A stretch of DNA of 53,128 nt, the filler included, from Squatina squatina (lineage: Eukaryota): the NCBI GenBank assembly GCA_031763465.1. It is 2 parts of 2 records of this genome, joined end to end, with 100 filler letters (N's around TTAATTAATTAA, not from the genome) between each part and the next. Parts side by side here need not be neighbours in the genome. Positions count along the whole stretch, not along the records: positions 1 to 29,679 come from JARFOE010000058.1; 1 more part is not named here. The stretch is one strand, 5' to 3'. Within the stretch, counting starts at the first letter, position 1. Every line of letters begins with the position of its first letter. The notes under the pieces are model-generated. The model made no database searches, was not told where the DNA came from, and saw nothing but the letters and a program-made list of their open reading frames with translations. Position numbers and translations under genes: made by a program. Shown here piece after piece: positions 9,356-21,164 of this stretch.

Positions 9356-10061
9356 NNNNNNNNNNNNNNNNNNNNNNNNNNNNNNNNNNNNNNNNNNNNN
9401 NNNNNNNNNNNNNNNNNNNNNNNNNNNNNNNNNNNNNNNNNNNNNNNNNNNNNNNACTGCATGTGAGCAGAAACCTTTAGTATAAGATGAACACTTGGAG
9501 CACAGAATTCCTTGGAGCTGCTGACATTCGGAGGGTGATACGATAAAACACCAAACTCCTTTAACTTAATATTGCATTTAGTAGCAAACTTTAATGATGA
9601 ATTTTACTTTTATGTAGCTTGAGCCATATTCACACCTGAAAAAACTTTACAAATTAACAGAAATAATTCATCAAATTAAACACTTTTATCAAAAAAGGTC
9701 TTTGTTACACTCCGGAGGCTGTTGCTTTAAATATAAAGTCCTTTCATTGCAAACCTTAATTGCTGCTGTCTAAAGTGACTGATGGATACAGTTGGCTCGA
9801 GGGAGTGGGAAGCATTAAAGGCTAAAAATATAGTGTACTTAAATATAAAATAAGCTCTGACTGGTTTAAATTATCAGGCTAGCTGAGGGATACAAAGCTC
9901 AATTAACGTCAAATGGAACACCGAGGTTGCATACTGAGTGAGCAGACAAGGAGGGGAATGGAATCAAGGTTCATGTTAGGAGATACTTTGCAGAGTTTCT
10001 GCTGAGAACAAAAGAGGTTGTCTTTGGTCACGTCAGCGTTACTTTTGAGAAATCTTTGGTG

Positions 10062-10290
10062 CATGGATGGCTCAGTGGGTTGCACTCTTGCTTCTGAGTC
10101 AGAAGGTTGTGGGTTCAGGTCCCACTCCAGGCTTAAGCACAAAAATCTACATTGATACTCCTCAGGGAGTGCTGTACTTTCAGATGAGACATTAAACTCA
10201 AGGCCTCCATCTACCCTCTCAGGTAGATGTAAAAGGTGCTATTTCAAAGCAGAGTTCTCCCCAGCATACTGGCTCATCTTTTGTCTCCTT
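10062..10290 (+). mobile_element. SacSINE1-like SINE, tRNA-derived 5' half
   Basis: A box TGGCTCAGTGG at 10068-10078, B box GGTTCAGGTCC at 10112-10122; body aligns with the 24501 and 27207 copies. Confidence 0.78.
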
Positions 10291-11885
10291 CGCCTGGAAC
10301 ATTTACACNNNNNNNNNNNNNNNNNNNNNNNNNNNNNNNNNNNNNNNNNNNNNNNNNNNNNNNNNNNNNNNNNNNNNNNNNNNNNNNNNNNNNNNNNNNN
10401 NNNNNNNNAGCCCTGCAAATGTTTCCTCATAGTGTAGCTGGGAACCTGGAATAGACCTCAACTGAAAACTCATCCAGCAAGTCCTACTTCAACTGACTGA
10501 ATCGATTGCTTTTCCAGGTCTGATACATGCACTCATAGCCTATGACATGATTTTAGCATGCTCGGCGCATACCTTTTAGGTCAGTGAATTATTTGGTGAC
10601 ACTAGTGGCACAAGGCATCTTTTTGTGACATGCTTAATAAGCCTGGCTGAGTACTTTTCTATGCTACTCATTTTACTAATTAATTTTAAATGTCATTTAA
10701 TCTGTAGGTCATTCTAATCCACTTACCTAAATGAATAATAATTTCCATTAGTTACAGCAATTGCTATCAAACACACACGTACATAAATCTGTCCATTGTC
10801 ACACTGCACACATCTAAACAGAGCTCACGCATAATAAGACAGACTGTTCAACATGTTTATTGTCAAAGGTTGATTGCTCTCCTGCAAGAGACCATGATAT
10901 AATCAAATACATCTGTGTGCTTGACTGTATTTTTACAACTTTAAACTAAAGGCAATTATTGTCTAAGATCCCAGCAAGCAAACAGTAAGCCATGTGATAT
11001 GATGCATGTTTAATCCTCTCTCAGCACTGTGCACAGAAACTGGTCTTCACAGCCCAGTAATTCTCGATTGGATATGATAACACTGTGCAACCAACTCTCT
11101 CCGACTGCTGGCAGCAGTCCTCGCAAGGGAAGATTAAATTAGGGCTATCAGTGGTGCCATATCCATTCGAGCATACAACAGGATGATGACAGTGCCGATT
11201 AAAGGAGCTTTTCTGAGGACTACAGTATGTCACTTTCTAACAGGACAGGTCAAATTACCAGTCATGGTGCACAGAGAGCCACTTAAGTCACATTTCCTGT
11301 GAAGGTCACATATCTTTTCTCTGGCAGAAGGGACAGCCCTATAAACGAAATATGAACAGCAGCTGATATTCCCCAAACCCACTGAATTCACCGGTCTCCA
11401 CGGCAACCCAAATGCCACACAGAGTAAAGAAGATCATGAAGCTTCACGAAATCATCTGGTCCGTTACCCTTGCTTTCCCCAAACAGAATTTTGCACCCTA
11501 ACTCATATCTCCTCTTTCCCTGTATTCCTTTTCTATGTCAACTTTCACCACCTCAATCCTTTTTGCACTGTTAAGTTCTTATCCATTGTAGTTGGATGCA
11601 TCAGTTACATTTTAATCTCCTCTCCAATCCTGACGAATGCCCTGCTTTTTGACGTATAACATTACTCAATTCACTCTTCCCCACTTCACCATGAGTTCCA
11701 CCTGATACATGCCTGAAATGTTAGTCCCCACAACTATTCGGAGCTCCCTGGCTGGCACATGACCCCACTTCGCATTTCTCTGCTTNNNNNNNNNNNNNNN
11801 NNNNNNNNNNNNNNNNNNNNNNNNNNNNNNNNNNNNNNNNNNNNNNNNNNNNNNNNNNNNNNNNNNNNNNNNNNNNNNNNNNNNN

Positions 11886-12476
11886 TGGTAAACTAATTCG
11901 ACTTCAAATAATGCTCTCTAATTAATTTGCATCAGGAGAGAGAAGTAATTTAGATATTTATGCCTGCATAACACTCTTTCAGGTGTGTGTGTGTGTGTGT
12001 TACTCACCCACTAGATAGCCACTAAAATGGTGCATTTAGGTATAAATGAGTTTTTAACGGTGTGGTACATTGTAATTGCCAAAGAACTCCTCTGGCCCTG
12101 AAAATTTAACAAATGTGGGGTCTCATTTCCTTCGCAATTTAATTATTGGAGATTTTATAAAAATTCATTTTTAAAAAAAAAGTATTTCTCTCAATCCCAT
12201 CTTTCTTTATTTTGCTTTCTGTACATGATTTTACATTGACTTAAATATTCTGGTTTAGACTCTGCGTGTCTCAGTAAGGATTCTTCAATCTGATTAGTTG
12301 AGGAGACATGCTGTTGCTTTTCCTGCTCACCCACTCCACAGATCCCCTGTAGAGGGCTCAGCGTTGGAAAAAGATCTCTCGTAGCCATAAGTTGCCGCTC
12401 AAAAACCCTGTGGGCAGCTGTAAGTGTAATGAGTGACAAGCGCCCTTCCTTCACCACTGACCACAAAATCCAGACT
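11886..12476. mobile_element. Non-autonomous DNA transposon remnant (Harbinger-superfamily-like end)
   Basis: Ends ...cacaaaatccagact|att, similar to ...aaaatccagcccc at 41700; AT-rich core; left part lost in gap. Confidence 0.45.
11983..12000 (+). repeat. (GT)9 microsatellite
   Basis: Directly visible. Confidence 0.9.
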
Positions 12477-12716
12477 ATTAACTTTCTCACTATAGATTGA
12501 ATTCTAGCTGTACTTTGCTATTTCTTAAACTGGTATATCTTGTTCCTGCTGCTCCTTGCAATTAACATTGGCAGGCAGAAAAAGTGGTTACTCATGCAGT
12601 CTGTTTCTATTAAGGGGTGTGTTGCATATAGAGTCAAGTTAACACCTTGTGTATATGGAGATTATCTTGCCCATGAAAGCTTGATTTTAAAAATACGCAT
12701 TGCCAAAACAGCAGAT

Positions 12717-13467
12717 AAACCAGAATTTGTGGTCGGAGGCTTCCTGCGTGCGGACCGTAAATATTTCTTCGAAGTTACCTTTGGTCCCTGGAGGTTCGGA
12801 AACTTCAGCTTCTGGACATCTCCAGTTGCCCATGCATCCTACCCACATATGCGCTTCGCCGAGGTAGATTGGATCACATAGTCGGGCCCAACCAATCTAG
12901 GTAAGTGTATTCCCATCCATACTAATGGTGAGTTCCGTACATTTGTAATCATCATTAGTATGAATGGAGATATCCCCCCCAAAAAACAGACAAGCACTAA
13001 AAATAATTTATTTTAAAAAATTGCATATTTTAAATAAATCAATTTGAATTTAATTAATTATTTAAACAAAGAAATAATTTTTTGAATAATAAATTTATAT
13101 AGTTTGAAGTGTCTAAAAATAAACTTATCTTATTTGACATCATTTTAAATGTTTAAATTCTTGAAAAAAAATATTTTTGTGTGTTTTAAAAGTCTTACAC
13201 GGATAAAAGCACGCCTTTACATCTGCTTTCATCAGTTGTAAGATTTGAAAGGACATTCGCTGGGCAGAAGTTAGGCAAATAGCCCAAATCCCTGCCCACG
13301 GAGGCCCTTTCGTTTCAGATGCAGCTGATCTGTCAAGAGAAATCTTTACAGATGGCTGGTTCTGGGTTTAGGCGCATGCACTTCGCATCCCTAAACCCGG
13401 AACTTGCGGGGCCCCTACGGGCACGTGTGCACCTCGTATGCACCGTAGGGGCTGCAATTTTAGACCC
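12717..13467 (+). mobile_element. Hairpin-chain non-autonomous DNA transposon, near full-length copy 1 (about 750 bp)
   Basis: Degenerate TIRs aaaccagaatttgtggtc / gggctgcaattttagaccc. The right ~370 bp aligns with 16658-17021, and with 18913-19300 and 30275-30484 in reverse. Confidence 0.72.
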
Positions 13468-13942
13468 ATTATATTAGGCATGTGGCCCAGGATTAAAATC
13501 ACCTATTTTATTAACTAGATGGCCTATTATATCAGCTACATGGTCCAGAATTGGTGCTTTGCCTGTGACTAACATCAGCTACACTCTACTTCCTTCAAAA
13601 AGGCTTTGGGTGAAGACAGGGATCACCATTCCTCTTTCCAATCCATCAAACAAATTCTGGTGAAGCAGACACACTAGTGCTTGCATTTTCCCACCACTCG
13701 GTTCTACTACGTTTGAGTCGGACACTTGAAGTATGAGCAAAGGTGTATGACGGACAGGAAATGCACGCTGGACATAGTCACTGGGAATTTCGTATTTAGC
13801 GCAAGATCAGCCAAAACCTTCTTAATGCTGCGTAAAGTTCCANNNNNNNNNNNNNNNNNNNNNNNNNNNNNNNNNNNNNNNNNNNNNNNNNNNNNNNNNN
13901 NNNNNNNNNNNNNNNNNNNNNNNNNNNNNNNNNNNNNNNNNN

Positions 13943-14235
13943 CGCCATTCAATGATATCGTGGCTGATCTGCAACCTAACTCCATATAACCGCCTTTGGC
14001 CCTTATCCCTTAATACCTTTTGTTAACAGAAAGCCATGAATCTCTGATTTAAAATCAACAATTGATCTAGCATCAATTGCTGTTTATGGAAGAGAGTTCC
14101 AAACTTCTACCATCCTTTGTGTGTAACAGTGTTTCCTAATGTCACTCCTGAAAGGTCTGGCTCTAATCTTTAGACTATGCCCCCTAGTCCTAGAATCTCC
14201 AACCAGCAGAAATAGTTCCTCTCTATAATCTATCA
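13943..14235 (-). mobile_element. CR1 LINE 3' end
   Basis: ELFLLVGDSRTRGHSLKIRARPFRSDIRKHCYTQRMVEVWNSLP followed by 3' UTR ...gatcagccacgatatcattgaatggcg. Confidence 0.88.
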
Positions 14236-14549
14236 AATCATCATATTCTGAGCACCAGCAACAAAGTTGTTGAAACAATGCAACCAGTTTGTGATGCACA
14301 TAATATGTGGTTTCAAAGAAACTATTTGGAAGCAAATATTTTCAAGCCCGACACATATCAAGGAATTAAAGGCCATTAGTTCAAGCTGTAGATTATTTGA
14401 GCAATAGCTCCAAATGACAACTTAATTCTCCACTGTATTACAAAGAAACTGGTTGGGCAAAGTAGAACAATTTATCAATTGCTTGTGACATGTCGGTTAA
14501 AAATCAACAGTCTTCTTGCAAGTACATCAGTTCCATTTGCACTGCGCAT

Positions 14550-14619
14550 TAGAAAAATAGAAACATAGAAAATAGGAGCAGGAGTAGGTCATTCAGCCCT
14601 TTGAGCCTGCTCTGTCATT
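14550..14619 (-). mobile_element. HER1/HE1-type CR1 3' tail
   Basis: tagaaacatagaaaataggagcaggagtagg is the reverse complement of the tail at 35301-35376. Confidence 0.8.
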
Positions 14620-14719
14620 NNNNNNNNNNNNNNNNNNNNNNNNNNNNNNNNNNNNNNNNNNNNNNNNNNNNNNNNNNNNNNNNNNNNNNNNNNNNNNNNN
14701 NNNNNNNNNNNNNNNNNNN

Positions 14720-15020
14720 ATTGTCCAGCTGGATGGGACTGCTTTCGCTTGGTTCCACTCTTAGCTATCTAATCGTAGCGAGAGGATCACCAGCAATAGC
14801 TTCGCTTCCTGCTCCCTCAACGTTACTTTTGATATCCCCTGAAGATCTATCCTTGGCCCCCTCCTATTTCTCATCTACATGTTGCTCCTTGGCGACATCA
14901 TCCAAAAACACAGCATTAGTTTCCACATATATGCTGATGACACCCAGCACTATCTCACCATCATTTCTTTCAACCCCTCCATGGTCTCTAAGTTGTCAGA
15001 CCACGAGTCTGACATCCGTC
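14720..15020 (+). mobile_element. L2-clade LINE reverse-transcriptase fragment
   Basis: SILGPLLFLIYMLLLGDIIQKHSISFHIYADDTQHYL (YADD motif). Confidence 0.85.
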
Positions 15021-15907
15021 ATCTGTTATATGGACCGAGTTTCACCTTACTATACGTGACAAGCAATGAGTGGCACGAAAAATAAAAGTAATTTGCTACC
15101 TCCGTCACTGTGTAAAGATTTGTGATCGACACTCACGATGAGTACCAGAAAGTTCTGCATTGGTTTAAAGGGAAACCAACCTCTTGGGTATACATTCCTG
15201 AGCAGCAAGAGCTGGATTCATAAATTATCAGAGATAGCTTGCAACATTTAAATAAATAGTGTGACAGTTTAAGGGTTTCCTTTTTATTTTTAAATCTATG
15301 AAAATATACCTTTGCCACATTAATTAGATTTTAAACTCATTTATCTTATTCGGCAGGGATGTTTTCCATATAATTAAAAGAACTTGTCACAATACTCTAG
15401 TGAGATTACAAGAGATATTTTGCACTGAACCCAGACACTAAACTGTTGTAAAGTTGCCTCAAAATTATGCAAACCTCAAATGGAAGCTTAAATATTTTAA
15501 AACTGATTATTCTTCTATTAAGATAAATGTTCTTAAATACACAGAACAAAAAAAAAGGATAAATGCCCAAAATCTGAACCAACATTTAAAATACAGTAAC
15601 AGGAATTGCAGAAAAGCCTGTAGAAGGTGGAGGACGCCATCTTACTAGGACTCCCACACCTTCTAATTTCAAGTAAAGATAGATCAAGTGTATCTAAATA
15701 GGGTATTCGTGAATGCCACTCCCTATATAAGCAAATACGTAATGTTAACATTTTTTCCCTACTTTAAAAAAAAAAGGAACTTTAGAAGCCATTATAAATA
15801 ACGTTACNNNNNNNNNNNNNNNNNNNNNNNNNNNNNNNNNNNNNNNNNNNNNNNNNNNNNNNNNNNNNNNNNNNNNNNNNNNNNNNNNNNNNNNNNNNNN
15901 NNNNNNN

Positions 15908-16174
15908 ATGGGGGAGGCCGCCTCCAATTCCGGAGGTGGCGCCCCTGCGTCGCACAGTGGGGTCGCGGACTGGCGCTAAGGGGTCGGCACACGACATTAC
16001 GTGGTCGCGCATCCGATGCCGACACCAACTGCGGCCCCGACAGCAGCACCTCACCACCACCGGGGCACCAGGCCCAAGGGCTCATTTTACAAATTTAGGC
16101 CTGTACACTGATTTTACGCCTGGCTAGCACTGCAATTCGGCACTACGGCATGAGGTCAGGTGAATTGGGGCCCC
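15908..16174. mobile_element. GC/CpG-rich MITE right end
   Basis: CpG-rich block ending gtgaattggggcccc|ata next to a gap. Confidence 0.5.
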
Positions 16175-16657
16175 ATAGTTTAATACACCTGAGTCTTAAA
16201 CAGACTTCTGAACTACAGGTACCTCTGGTAAAAGACAAAGAGCTATTAGAAGCAAGAACAAATGTTTCCACGTGATTACCTTAGCTCGGCAGAGATTTCT
16301 ATACTTGTTATCACTGCTCAACAGTCCAGTCTGAGAGATCAATCAATCAGTTTGACTTTAGACTGCTCCATAATTAGTGCTTTGTTAAGAGTAACAAAGC
16401 CACTTTGTAACGATGCCAACACTCAAAGTTGTTTATTGTTTTTCTACAAACCACATAGTCCTTTTATTCCCTGGGCACTCAGCAATTATTGATTAGTACC
16501 TCAGTTGTTTGCAAGAAATGCGCCATCATCACCGAAACCTGTCAGTCATCTATAATTNNNNNNNNNNNNNNNNNNNNNNNNNNNNNNNNNNNNNNNNNNN
16601 NNNNNNNNNNNNNNNNNNNNNNNNNNNNNNNNNNNNNNNNNNNNNNNNNNNNNNNNN

Positions 16658-17021
16658 ATAAATGTACATGAATTAAAGGGACTAAAAATAAACTTAACTT
16701 ATTTAACAGATTTTTAAGAGAATGAATTATTGATAACATTTTTTTTTTGTTTTTTAAAACTCTTACACTGGTAAAAGCAGGCTTTACACCTCCTTTTACC
16801 AGGCGTAAGAATTTCACAGGCATTCGCTGGGCAGAAGTTGGGCAAATAGCCCAACACTCCTCCCGCGAAAAGCCTTTTTCCTGGGGACGCGTGCGATTGA
16901 CAGATCACAAGTTCTGGGTTTTCGCGCACGGGCAGCGTATACCTAAACCCGGAGCTTGCGCGGGCCCCTACAGATGCATGTGCACCTCATACGCACCTGT
17001 AGGGGCCACAAATTACAGCCC
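16658..17021 (+). mobile_element. Hairpin-chain non-autonomous DNA transposon, copy 2 (right half)
   Basis: cattcgctgggcagaagtt(g/a)ggcaaatagcccaa and cctaaacccgga.cttgcg..gcccctac are shared with 13250-13467; ends aattacagccc|agt. Confidence 0.78.
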
Positions 17022-17624
17022 AGTGAAAGTTCCCCTGTACCTAAATTAGAGGGAAGCCTTGACCTCACCATTCTCATAATTTGGAAGAGAGAACCCATAT
17101 GAGTAGATCTTTCTGACCCACTTGAGAAGAAGTGAGTCACATCATCCTGACATCACTCTACAAATGGTATTTGCATCTACCCAGTTGCAATTCTATTGAT
17201 AATTAATGTGCAGAGAATTGAATGGGTTTCATTTATAGTCAGGCACTGTGGTATGGACGATATAAAATACTGTTGAATCTGCAAAGTTAAGAACCGTGAC
17301 AGTGATAAATGAGGGTGAGTTGCACAGAATTGTGTGAGTATTAATAAAGTTTGTAAAGTAAAATATTAATAGTCAAATGAAATGATGAGTAACAAAGCTT
17401 AACAAATTGGCTTTCAAACAGAAATGCATCCCTGGGGTAGAGACTGGGCTACAGCAAGGTGCTGTTTTCAGGGATGGGTGCAAGATGGTCACTGTATAAT
17501 TCTCGGCATGTTTGATTCAAGGATATTGAAAAAAATTGCGTTTCCACAGGTGTCATCACCTCATGTTTGAGGTATGAGGTCTGGAGTCCCTTAATGACTT
17601 CTGTAGAAAGTTTGCCTCACAGAA

Positions 17625-17778
17625 TCCAATTTACAGAGAGATATTGATAGGTTAAGTGAGTGGGCAAAAAGTTGGCAAATGGAGTATAATGTGGGAAAAT
17701 TTGAAGTTGTTCATTTTGGAAGGAAGAACAAAAGAACAGAGTATTATTTAAATGGAGAAAAACTGCAGAAAGCTGCAG
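17625..17778 (+). mobile_element. CR1 LINE RT fragment
   Basis: LQRDIDRLSEWAKSWQMEYNVGKFEVVHFGRKN. Confidence 0.88.
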
Positions 17779-17878
17779 NNNNNNNNNNNNNNNNNNNNNN
17801 NNNNNNNNNNNNNNNNNNNNNNNNNNNNNNNNNNNNNNNNNNNNNNNNNNNNNNNNNNNNNNNNNNNNNNNNNNNNNN

Positions 17879-18290
17879 ACCATTCTCTGCGTAAAGAATT
17901 TCCTCCTGAATTCACTATTAGATTTATTAGTAACCATCTTATATTTATGGCCCCTAGTCTCTGGTCTCCTCCCCAAGTGGCTACCCCATCAAACCCTTTC
18001 ATAATCTTAGAGACTTCTATCAGGTGACCTCTCTGTCTTATATTTTCTGGAGAAAAGTGTCCCAGCCTGTTCAATCTTTCCTGATAGGTATCACATCTCA
18101 GTTCTGGTATCATTCCCGTAAATATTTTTTGCACCTTCTCCATTGCCTCTATGTCCTTTTTATAATATGGAGACCAGAACTGTTCACAGCACTCCAAGTG
18201 TGGACTAACCATCATTCAATACACATTTAACATAACTTCTCTGCTTTTAAATTCTATCCCTCTAAAAATAAACTCCAGTGCTTTGTTTGT
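17879..18290 (-). mobile_element. CR1 LINE ORF2 C-terminal fragment
   Basis: PHLECCEQFWSPYYKKDIEAMEKVQK.FT.MIPELR..YQERLNRLG...RGHLIEV. Confidence 0.88.
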
Positions 18291-18912
18291 GCTGATATAA
18301 AATATATATATTTTTTAAATACACAGCTAATTTAACCCAACCATGGCAAAGTATGCAATATCTACAACATGCAACTTTCAATGACCTTTCAATTAATTGT
18401 AACACTGGGGAAGTCACTGGTGAGCAGATAGTTTGTTTAACAATGACTCCTTAGTCCACGTCAAATGTAAAGAATATCAAAATGCTGGAACATTGCGCAC
18501 TGTTGTTGAATATTAAGACTTACATCAGACAGCAGGTCACTTATTGGTTACAGTATGTGACCTTGCTGAATAAGGGAGAAGAAATGCAATTGCTTGTGTG
18601 TTATTTTCTGTTCATGCTATGGAGATAAATATAAATGCTTTAAAATGTCATAACATTTTTCAAAATCTTAGAAAACCTTGATAAGTAATGGCACACATGT
18701 TGGCAGTTTGATGAAATGCAGTGTACAAGATGTATTAGTCGATCCCAGTGTTTCATACATTAATTTATGGCTCTGTGCTTGTCAAGTCAAAGCTGATCTT
18801 GTGCAACATGTGGTTACTTTAAAGAGAGTGCTTGCTGTTGGAATCGATAATGTGAGCTCAATTGCCACTATGTATGGAGGAATCGAGCTGTGAAAATTAT
18901 ACCGAGAATATT

Positions 18913-19300
18913 GGCCCGGATGTGTGCGAACACAGCCGCAAACGCCTCACAAGTTCCCGGTTTACCCATGGGCTGTGCATTCGCGAAAACCCAGGAATTT
19001 GCAATCTGTCAAGAATCTTCTGTTCATGTGATTTGCCCAACTCTTGCCCAATGAGTGCCCATGAAACTCTTACGCCTAGGAAGAGCAGGCATAGGGCCTT
19101 CTTTTACCAACGTACGGGTGAAAATAATTATTATAATAAATTATTTAAATCATTTTAACATTCAAAAACCTGTAAAATAAGTTTGTGTTATTTTTGGCCC
19201 CTTGATAAACATTTAAATTTATTTCTCAAAAAATGAAACTTTTATTTTAAATGTTTAATTAAATTGTATTTTAATTAATTTTAAACAGGTAATTTTTGAT
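18913..19300 (-). mobile_element. Hairpin-chain non-autonomous DNA transposon, copy 3 (reverse orientation)
   Basis: caagttcccggttt, cgcgaaaacccaggaa, atctgtcaaga, atttgcccaactcttgccca and tcttacgcctagg...cttttacca are reverse complements of copy 1/2 motifs. Confidence 0.72.
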
Positions 19301-20042
19301 TTTACTTCCTATGATAGAATTTGAACGCACAACCTCTGGATTGCATTTAAAAAGACCCCAATAGTTTTGTTCCACATACTCCAACATTTAAGTTGCTGTG
19401 TCTCTTTAAATTCCCTCAGCAGGACCAGTGTTCAGGATATATCAATGAGGTGGCCTTGCAACATCCAATGAGGCCAACTCATCAATCCGCCAGCAAGGCA
19501 TTTGGTCCTCACACAAGGGGTCCCGGTGACCTTTTAAGCCAGTATCTCGGAATTGCCCGAATTTCTTTTTACAGCAATTCGAAACTAACTGGCATAAATA
19601 CAAATCGGCAATAGTGTTCTTGTGTAAACCCGCTAATGTATGAGAAAATAGGCCTTCTTAAAAAAAACTACCATGTAAGTTGGAAAATACTCCATTTTAC
19701 AAAATGGAACATTGTTCAAATCTACGATCATGAGCTCATGCTATATTTTTCAGCATACCAAAGGACAATGTAGATTGTGACTCAAACGGATTATAACAAG
19801 GACATTCCAGGGGAGAGAAATGATTGTTTATATTCTGTGAATGTAGAGAGCGAACATCTGCACTGATAGAGTGGAATGAACTCTTGAAAATAATGAACTG
19901 CTGAAAAATAAGCAGCAACAGGACCTTGAGAATGTTTAAAATTAAGATGAGAGCAAAATGACCATAAGTAAGTTGGGTATAACTGTAGGCAGTGGAGGCG
20001 TTGACTGTTAGAACAGACCGAGGATGAAGGCAGGCCCAAAGC

Positions 20043-20104
20043 CAGGTCTCCTTATCTGAGGAAGGATGTTCTTGCCATATAGGGAGTGCAATCAAGGTTT
20101 ACTA
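20043..20104 (+). mobile_element. CR1 LINE fragment
   Basis: SPYLRKDVLAI*GVQSRFT. Confidence 0.7.
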
Positions 20105-20239
20105 NNNNNNNNNNNNNNNNNNNNNNNNNNNNNNNNNNNNNNNNNNNNNNNNNNNNNNNNNNNNNNNNNNNNNNNNNNNNNNNNNNNNNNNNNNNNNNNN
20201 NNNNTCACGATTACTCGTCCAGTAACATTAGCGCTAACT

Positions 20240-20484
20240 CTTGTGCACCTTGCCTCTAAGCCCTCAGCCCTGGGTTTCTTTCCATATATCTCATTGACTT
20301 TCCATTTCTCTCTCCTCCTGTAAGACTCTCCATAAAACCCACCTCTTTGGCAAAGCTTTTGGTTGTCTCTCTAATATCTCCTTCAATGAGTCAGCATTGA
20401 ATTTTGCCTGATTACGCTTCTGTGAAGTGCCTTGGGATGTTCTTCTACATTAAGGGCAGTACTTAATTGCACGTTGTTGCTGTT
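20240..20484 (+). mobile_element. L2-clade LINE 3' end (old copy)
   Basis: aaaacccacctctttggcaaagcttttgg...ctgtgaagtgccttgggatgtt...gttgttgctgtt; homologous to 1312-1500. Confidence 0.75.
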
Positions 20485-20912
20485 AATCATAATCTAGTAG
20501 ATGATACCTTCAAACGATCTCAGCATTTTAACCAGCACCTTGATCAGACATGCACCCTTGTCACATAAGTTCTGGACTAGTGTTTTGAAATGCAGGGTGA
20601 TTATTTTGCTTCCAAAGTCCCTGCAGGATATAAAACAGGGAGTTCAATCTGGCTGTTACATATCCGTCATGTAGTGTGCAGCATAAATAAGAGGGAGCAG
20701 AGAGAAAGATGGTTTTCAGGAAAATCCTGTTGTTGTAGCAATTGAGTAAATTGTTCAGTTACTCTGACAGAATTGAACAGATGTTTCCGGAAAGCGCTGC
20801 TGTATTAAAAATTGATTTATGGCTCTCGGATGACTTAAGGACTTTATCCAGTTACTGGTTGACGCATACAGTTCAGGAAGGCCGTGAGTTTGTAATCTTT
20901 GTTCCGTAGGCT

Positions 20913-20985
20913 TAGAGCTTTTCAAACTGTGATCTCTGGACCCAAGGGGCCTGTGTAGGAATCCCAGGAGGTACCTGGAGGGCAT
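20913..20985 (+). mobile_element. hAT-Charlie-like DNA transposon terminal remnant
   Basis: tagagcttttcaaactgtgatctctggaccc resembles CAG.G.TT.TCAAACTGTGGTCC..GGACCC hAT ends (recalled); no second end found. Confidence 0.35.
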
Positions 20986-21029
20986 CAGACTTCGGCCCAT
21001 CTGTCATAAAATTAACCATGCACACCTTC

Positions 21030-21164
21030 TCTGGACCCATCTTTTATTTCTGTGCTTGACCTATTATCAGCTCATTTGTCCTTGTACCACAGCACTATGG
21101 CGATTTAATCTTTTCTGCCCTCCACCCTATCACAAACCGTTCCCTTTTGCTCTTGCCTTACCTT
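21030..21164 (+). mobile_element. Penelope-like pLTR pyrimidine-rich segment
   Basis: atttaatcttttctgccctccaccctatcacaaaccgttcccttttg resembles the region that precedes the hammerhead-bearing end of shark Penelope elements (recalled); continues into a gap. Confidence 0.5.

Noticed and set aside
10062-10135. tRNA gene (also 24501-24570 and 27540-27610)
   Set aside because: A/B boxes continue into SINE body and tail; no intact cloverleaf.
11021-11040. REST/RE1 site tcagcactgtgcacag (also 3964-3983)
   Set aside because: Mismatches at the critical CC/GG positions, or wrong spacing.
17625-18290. Twin-priming inversion of one CR1
   Set aside because: The fragments converge tail-to-tail across a gap, which fits two insertions or a scaffolding join better.
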